This document shows positions 60,037 through 64,000 of a stretch of DNA of 64,000 nt, one piece after another (position 1 is the stretch's first letter; each line of letters begins with the position of its first letter). The position numbers and the translations under genes were made by a program. The stretch comes from Thermodesulfobacteriota bacterium (GTDB lineage: Bacteria; Desulfobacterota; Binatia; Bin18), in contig OZ219926.1 of assembly GCA_964291405.2 (NCBI GenBank), forward strand, positions 2,976,001 through 3,040,000, in the 5' to 3' direction. A model generated the notes under the pieces. That model had not been told where the DNA came from and did no database searches. It was given only the letters and a program-made list of their open reading frames with translations.

Positions 60037-60314
60037 TATATTTTCTTATTATTACTCTTTTAGTATTTTTTAAGTATCTAGAAATATTTACTTTTATACT
60101 TTTTAAAATATTGATATATTCATGTAATTTCAAGTATATTTCTTACATTTTTCTGCTGTTTTGACTCGTAGACAGAATACACACACTCAAGGGGCGTAAT
60201 ATCGGCCTCGTCCTTGCCGAGTCAGGGATGCCTGATCGGGGGTAGGGACAGTCTACGAACCGTCCTTCGAGAATCGAAATGACACCATCAGCGGATTACA
60301 CCGTAGTGGCCCCT

Positions 60315-61538
60315 CTACGAATTTTTCTCAAACAAGACATCGGCGTCACGCAACTGCTGTACCTCTTCAGGCGACCGTCGCAGATACTCCGTCAGGATTT
60401 CCTCGTTATGTTGTCCCAGCGTGGGCGCGTGGAGGGGGAGTTCGTCCGGGAACTCGGAAAACTTGAGCGGAAAACCGGGGACGTCGAGGTCGCCATGGAT
60501 CGGGTCGTTGATTGTTGTCACAGTCCCACGTTCTCGCAGATGAGGATAGTCGAGGGTCTCGGCGACGGAGAGCACCGGAGCAACTGGAACGTGAAAACTC
60601 TCTAAGTGAGCAACCGCACTCTCGACATCCGGAAACGTCTGCAGCCAGTTTTCGACCAGTTTGATAACTTCGTCTCGGCGTTTGAGCCGGGCTTGATCCG
60701 TACTGTACTGGGGATCGTCAATCAGCTCAGGCCGTTCGATTGCTTTGCAGAAATCCGGCCAGTGATGGAAAATGGCCATGATGACCAAGTAGCCACCGTT
60801 ACCGCGAAAGACACCTGAGGGGCAGGCATATGTCATATGGCGGCCAACACGGGTTGGTTGAATGGCACCTTCTGTGGCTCGCGGGGTATGTACGTTGACC
60901 TCGTGGTAGTGGTAGTACACATCCAACAGCGCAACATCGAGATGTTGGCCCCGGCCGGTATTGTCCCGGTGGCGTAAGGCCGCCAGGACGGCGAGTGCGC
61001 CATGTACCCCTGTGCTGACATCCCCCATCCCGACCAGCGGGATGTAAGGCGCATCGTGCTCCTCTCCGATCATTGAGGTCACCCCGGAATACGCCTGAGC
61101 GATATAATCGTAGCCAGGCTTATGGGCTAAGGGGCCGGTCTGGCCAAGGGCAGAGATAGAGCACAGAATGATATCAGGCTTGAGCTCTTTGAGCCGCTCA
61201 TAACTGAGACCCATGTCTGCCATGACGCCGGGCTTGAAATTCTCAACCACGATATCAACGTGCTGAATCAGCTCAGTCACAAGCGCCATGCCGCGCGGGT
61301 CGCGCAGATTGACACACAGACTTTTCTTGCCCCGATTGTGCTGAACGTGGAACAAGCTACGCTTGTCGCCAAACGTTGAGAAATTCCGCCCAAGATCACC
61401 CTTGGGCGCAGACTCGACCTTAATGACATCCGCTCCCATCTCGGCCAGCATGCGGCTGCATGTCGGGCCGGCGAGAGCGCGGGTGAAATCGAGCACCCGC
61501 AGCCCGCTGAGAACATGCTGCGTACCTTGGGTCGTCAT
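60315..61538 (-). CDS. CaiB/BaiF class III CoA transferase
   Basis: LAGP...MGADVIKVE, NRGKKS, ENFKPG, PGYD, APTLGQHN. Confidence 0.94.
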   Translation of the reverse strand: MTTQGTQHVLSGLRVLDFTRALAGPTCSRMLAEMGADVIKVESAPKGDLGRNFSTFGDKRSLFHVQHNRGKKSLCVNLRDPRGMALVTELIQHVDIVVENFKPGVMADMGLSYERLKELKPDIILCSISALGQTGPLAHKPGYDYIAQAYSGVTSMIGEEHDAPYIPLVGMGDVSTGVHGALAVLAALRHRDNTGRGQHLDVALLDVYYHYHEVNVHTPRATEGAIQPTRVGRHMTYACPSGVFRGNGGYLVIMAIFHHWPDFCKAIERPELIDDPQYSTDQARLKRRDEVIKLVENWLQTFPDVESAVAHLESFHVPVAPVLSVAETLDYPHLRERGTVTTINDPIHGDLDVPGFPLKFSEFPDELPLHAPTLGQHNEEILTEYLRRSPEEVQQLRDADVLFEKNS

Positions 61539-61551
61539 AGCCGCCTCCTTA

Positions 61552-62775
61552 CTATGAATTTTTCTCAAACAGGACGCCGGTCTCGCGTAGCTGTTGCACC
61601 TCTTCGGGCGAACGTTTCAGATATGCGGTGAGAATCTCCTCGTTATGCTGTCCCAGGGTGGGAGCGTTGAGCGGCAGGTCGTCCGGGAAACGGGAAAAGC
61701 GGAGCGGCATGCCGGGGATATCAAACTCGCCGACAATGGGGTCATCGATGGTGCGTACGGTGCCGCGTTCCCGTAGATGGGGGTGCTGCGTCGTCTCCGC
61801 TACCGATAAGACCGGTGCAACCGGCACCCCGAACTGCTCCATATGGGCAACCGCGCTCTCAACATCGGGAAAGGTTGCCTGCAACCAGTCTTCGATAATC
61901 TGGACGACCTCGTCCCGATGTTCGAGACGCAGCGCCTCGGTGCCATAGCGCTCGTGTTCCACCAGCTCCGGTTTCTCCATGGCCGCACACAGGTCCTTCC
62001 AGTGATGCAGAAAGGCCATGATGACCACCGAGCCGCCCTTGGCCCGAAAGATACCCGCCGGACAGACATAGGTTAAATGCCGGCCGGCCCGGGTCGGATT
62101 CATCTTGCCCTTAGTGCCGCTGTACTGATGCACGTTGACCTCGTGGTAGTGGTAGTACACGTCCAGCAGGCCGATATCGAGGTGCTGGCCCTCACCGGTA
62201 CGGTCGCGGTAGCGCAGAGCGGACACCACGGCCAGGGCGGCGTGGACGCCCGTGCTCACATCACCCATCCCGACCAGCGGCAGATACGGAGCTTCGTCCG
62301 GGTCGCCGATCATGGAGGTAACCCCGGAGTAGGCCTGGGCAATATAGTCATAGCCGGGTTTGGTTGACAGCGGCCCCTTCTGGCCCAGAGCCGAGATTGA
62401 GCACAGGATAATATCCGGCTTGATTTTCTTGAGGTCCTCATACCCCAGCCCCATCTGGGCGATCACGCCGGGCTTGAAATTCTCGACCACCACATCCATC
62501 TCCGCCACCAGCTCCTTGATAATGTCCATGGCTTTGGGGTCGCGGATATTTACGCACAAGCTCTTCTTGCCCAGATTCTGCTGAATGAAGTACAGGCTGC
62601 GTTCCTTCTCAAAGACCGAGATGCCGCGCACCATATCACCGCGGGGCGCGGACTCGACCTTAATCACATCGGCGCCCATCTCAGCCATCATCCGGGTGCA
62701 GCTCGGTCCGGCCAGGGCCCGGGTAAAATCCAAAACCCGCAAATCGCTCAAAATATGTTCCATTCCGTATGCCAT
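61552..62775 (-). CDS. CaiB/BaiF class III CoA transferase (tandem paralog)
   Basis: Same motifs; highly similar to its neighbour, including the C-terminal LFEKNS. Confidence 0.94.
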   Translation of the reverse strand: MAYGMEHILSDLRVLDFTRALAGPSCTRMMAEMGADVIKVESAPRGDMVRGISVFEKERSLYFIQQNLGKKSLCVNIRDPKAMDIIKELVAEMDVVVENFKPGVIAQMGLGYEDLKKIKPDIILCSISALGQKGPLSTKPGYDYIAQAYSGVTSMIGDPDEAPYLPLVGMGDVSTGVHAALAVVSALRYRDRTGEGQHLDIGLLDVYYHYHEVNVHQYSGTKGKMNPTRAGRHLTYVCPAGIFRAKGGSVVIMAFLHHWKDLCAAMEKPELVEHERYGTEALRLEHRDEVVQIIEDWLQATFPDVESAVAHMEQFGVPVAPVLSVAETTQHPHLRERGTVRTIDDPIVGEFDIPGMPLRFSRFPDDLPLNAPTLGQHNEEILTAYLKRSPEEVQQLRETGVLFEKNS

Positions 62776-62803
62776 CGTGTTCCTCCGTTTCAGATATGTG
62801 CTC

Positions 62804-63583
62804 TCAGTCCCACATCAGCCCGCCGTCAACATTGAACGATTGGCCGGTGATATTACGCGCTTCATCCGAGGCCAGGAAGACGGCCATATTGGCAATATCA
62901 TCCGGGCTGTTGGAGCGCTTGAGGGGAATCGAGGCATCAAGCCGGGCAGTCGCCTGTTCTTCGCTTATCCCTTCGCGCTCGGTCAGTTGTTTCATGACGT
63001 TGGTGTACAAATCCGTACGGGTAGCACCGGGGCAGATGGCATTCACATTAATATTATGTTTGGCGAGCTGCGAGGCGCCGATACGGGTCATGGCGATAAC
63101 CGCCCCCTTTGAGCCGGCGTACGAGATATTTGACGTACCCCGAAAGCCCTTGCCGGCGATGGACGCGATATTCACGATTCGGCCTTCTTTGCGTTTTGCC
63201 ATCTCGCGCGCCACGGCCTGCATACAGAAAAAGACGCCCTTGGCATTCACCGAATGAATCCAGTCCCAATCCTCTTCGGTGACATCAAAAAACCCCAGGC
63301 TTTTGGTGACGCCGGCGTTGTTGACCAGAAGATCAATCCGGCCAAAGGTTTCCATTGCGGTGGTGACCATGGCGTTGATGTCTTCCACCCGGCCCATGTC
63401 CGTTTTGACAAAGAGGCCGCGGCGGTCGTGGGCGCTCACCTCAGCCGCGGTCTGCTTGCCGGTGACTTCATTGATTTCTGCGCCCACCACATGGGCACCC
63501 TCTTTGGCACATCGCAGGGCAATGGCCTTGCCCATGCCGGTCCCAATCCCTGTCACAATGGCGATTTTCTCTTTGAGCAACAT
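62804..63583 (-). CDS. Short-chain dehydrogenase/reductase
   Basis: TGIGTGMG, NNAG, YAGSKG, NVDGG; start set at MLLKEK with GGAG RBS. Confidence 0.93.
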   Translation of the reverse strand: MLLKEKIAIVTGIGTGMGKAIALRCAKEGAHVVGAEINEVTGKQTAAEVSAHDRRGLFVKTDMGRVEDINAMVTTAMETFGRIDLLVNNAGVTKSLGFFDVTEEDWDWIHSVNAKGVFFCMQAVAREMAKRKEGRIVNIASIAGKGFRGTSNISYAGSKGAVIAMTRIGASQLAKHNINVNAICPGATRTDLYTNVMKQLTEREGISEEQATARLDASIPLKRSNSPDDIANMAVFLASDEARNITGQSFNVDGGLMWD

Positions 63584-63642
63584 GCTGTCCCTCCTTCGCT
63601 GGCAATGTCGTCTTATAAACTGTGGGTGAGGGGGCTGCGCCC

Positions 63643-64000
63643 TTATGGGTGAAACTCTGGCATCACTTCCTTGGCAAACAGCTCCAACCCCTGACACGCC
63701 CGCTGAGGGTCCCGGCCACCGGCGTGAAAATAGAACGCCACCTGATCGAGGCCAAACTCGTCGTTGAGCTCGTACAGCCGGCGGCGGCACTCGGCCGGGG
63801 TGCCCACAACCGCACGTTTTTCCACATCGTCCGGCATGGAGAGAATAAATTCGAGGTAGGAACGCATGGGGTCGTGTGCCGGGACTTGATGGAGTGCCTC
63901 ACGGGGCACAAATGAGGTAATTAATTCTGTATAGGCCCGTGTGGTCTCTCTCGCGTCGCGTACGGCTTCCTGATGATCGTTATGCACGAACAGAAAGAAG
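63643..64000 (-). CDS. LLM-class oxidoreductase, C-terminal part (runs off window end)
   Basis: VVGTPAECRRRL...LELFAKEVMPEF. Confidence 0.8.
   Translation of the reverse strand, partial: FFLFVHNDHQEAVRDARETTRAYTELITSFVPREALHQVPAHDPMRSYLEFILSMPDDVEKRAVVGTPAECRRRLYELNDEFGLDQVAFYFHAGGRDPQRACQGLELFAKEVMPEFHP

Noticed and set aside
60037-60160. Very AT-rich tract as a replication origin
   Set aside because: No DnaA boxes, iterons or rep gene were seen; it is consistent with the promoter region of the Fic gene.

Overview
This is a GC-rich bacterial chromosomal window. The gene content (many LLM oxidoreductases, CoA-transferases, amidohydrolase, SDRs) resembles deltaproteobacteria-like lineages such as Binatia; that taxonomy is inference. 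In order, it contains: a toxin-antitoxin cluster downstream of glmU-glmS; selA and tRNA-Sec; a visibly more AT-rich accessory island (~8.6-19.6 kb); a core block (aroQ-accB-accC-DUF1573-mfd-surA-pdxA-phosphomutase-yvcK-IMPase); mazEF; a decayed region (TonB receptor, sulfotransferase and GPP34-P450 remnants); catabolic enzymes; a TetR-MMPL-LolA-like-AMIN/DUF1302 transport operon; an orphan PD-(D/E)xK nuclease; and a Fic gene. The best candidate for an undescribed system is a DNA phosphorothioation operon, dndC-dndD-dndE/ATPase fusion-DGQHR, that lacks dndA and dndFGH in this window and instead ends in a tightly coupled HEPN-like gene. Also notable is a family of modular MITE/REP repeats: one copy supplies the stop codons of two convergent genes, and two related hairpins sit in-frame inside mfd and pdxA.
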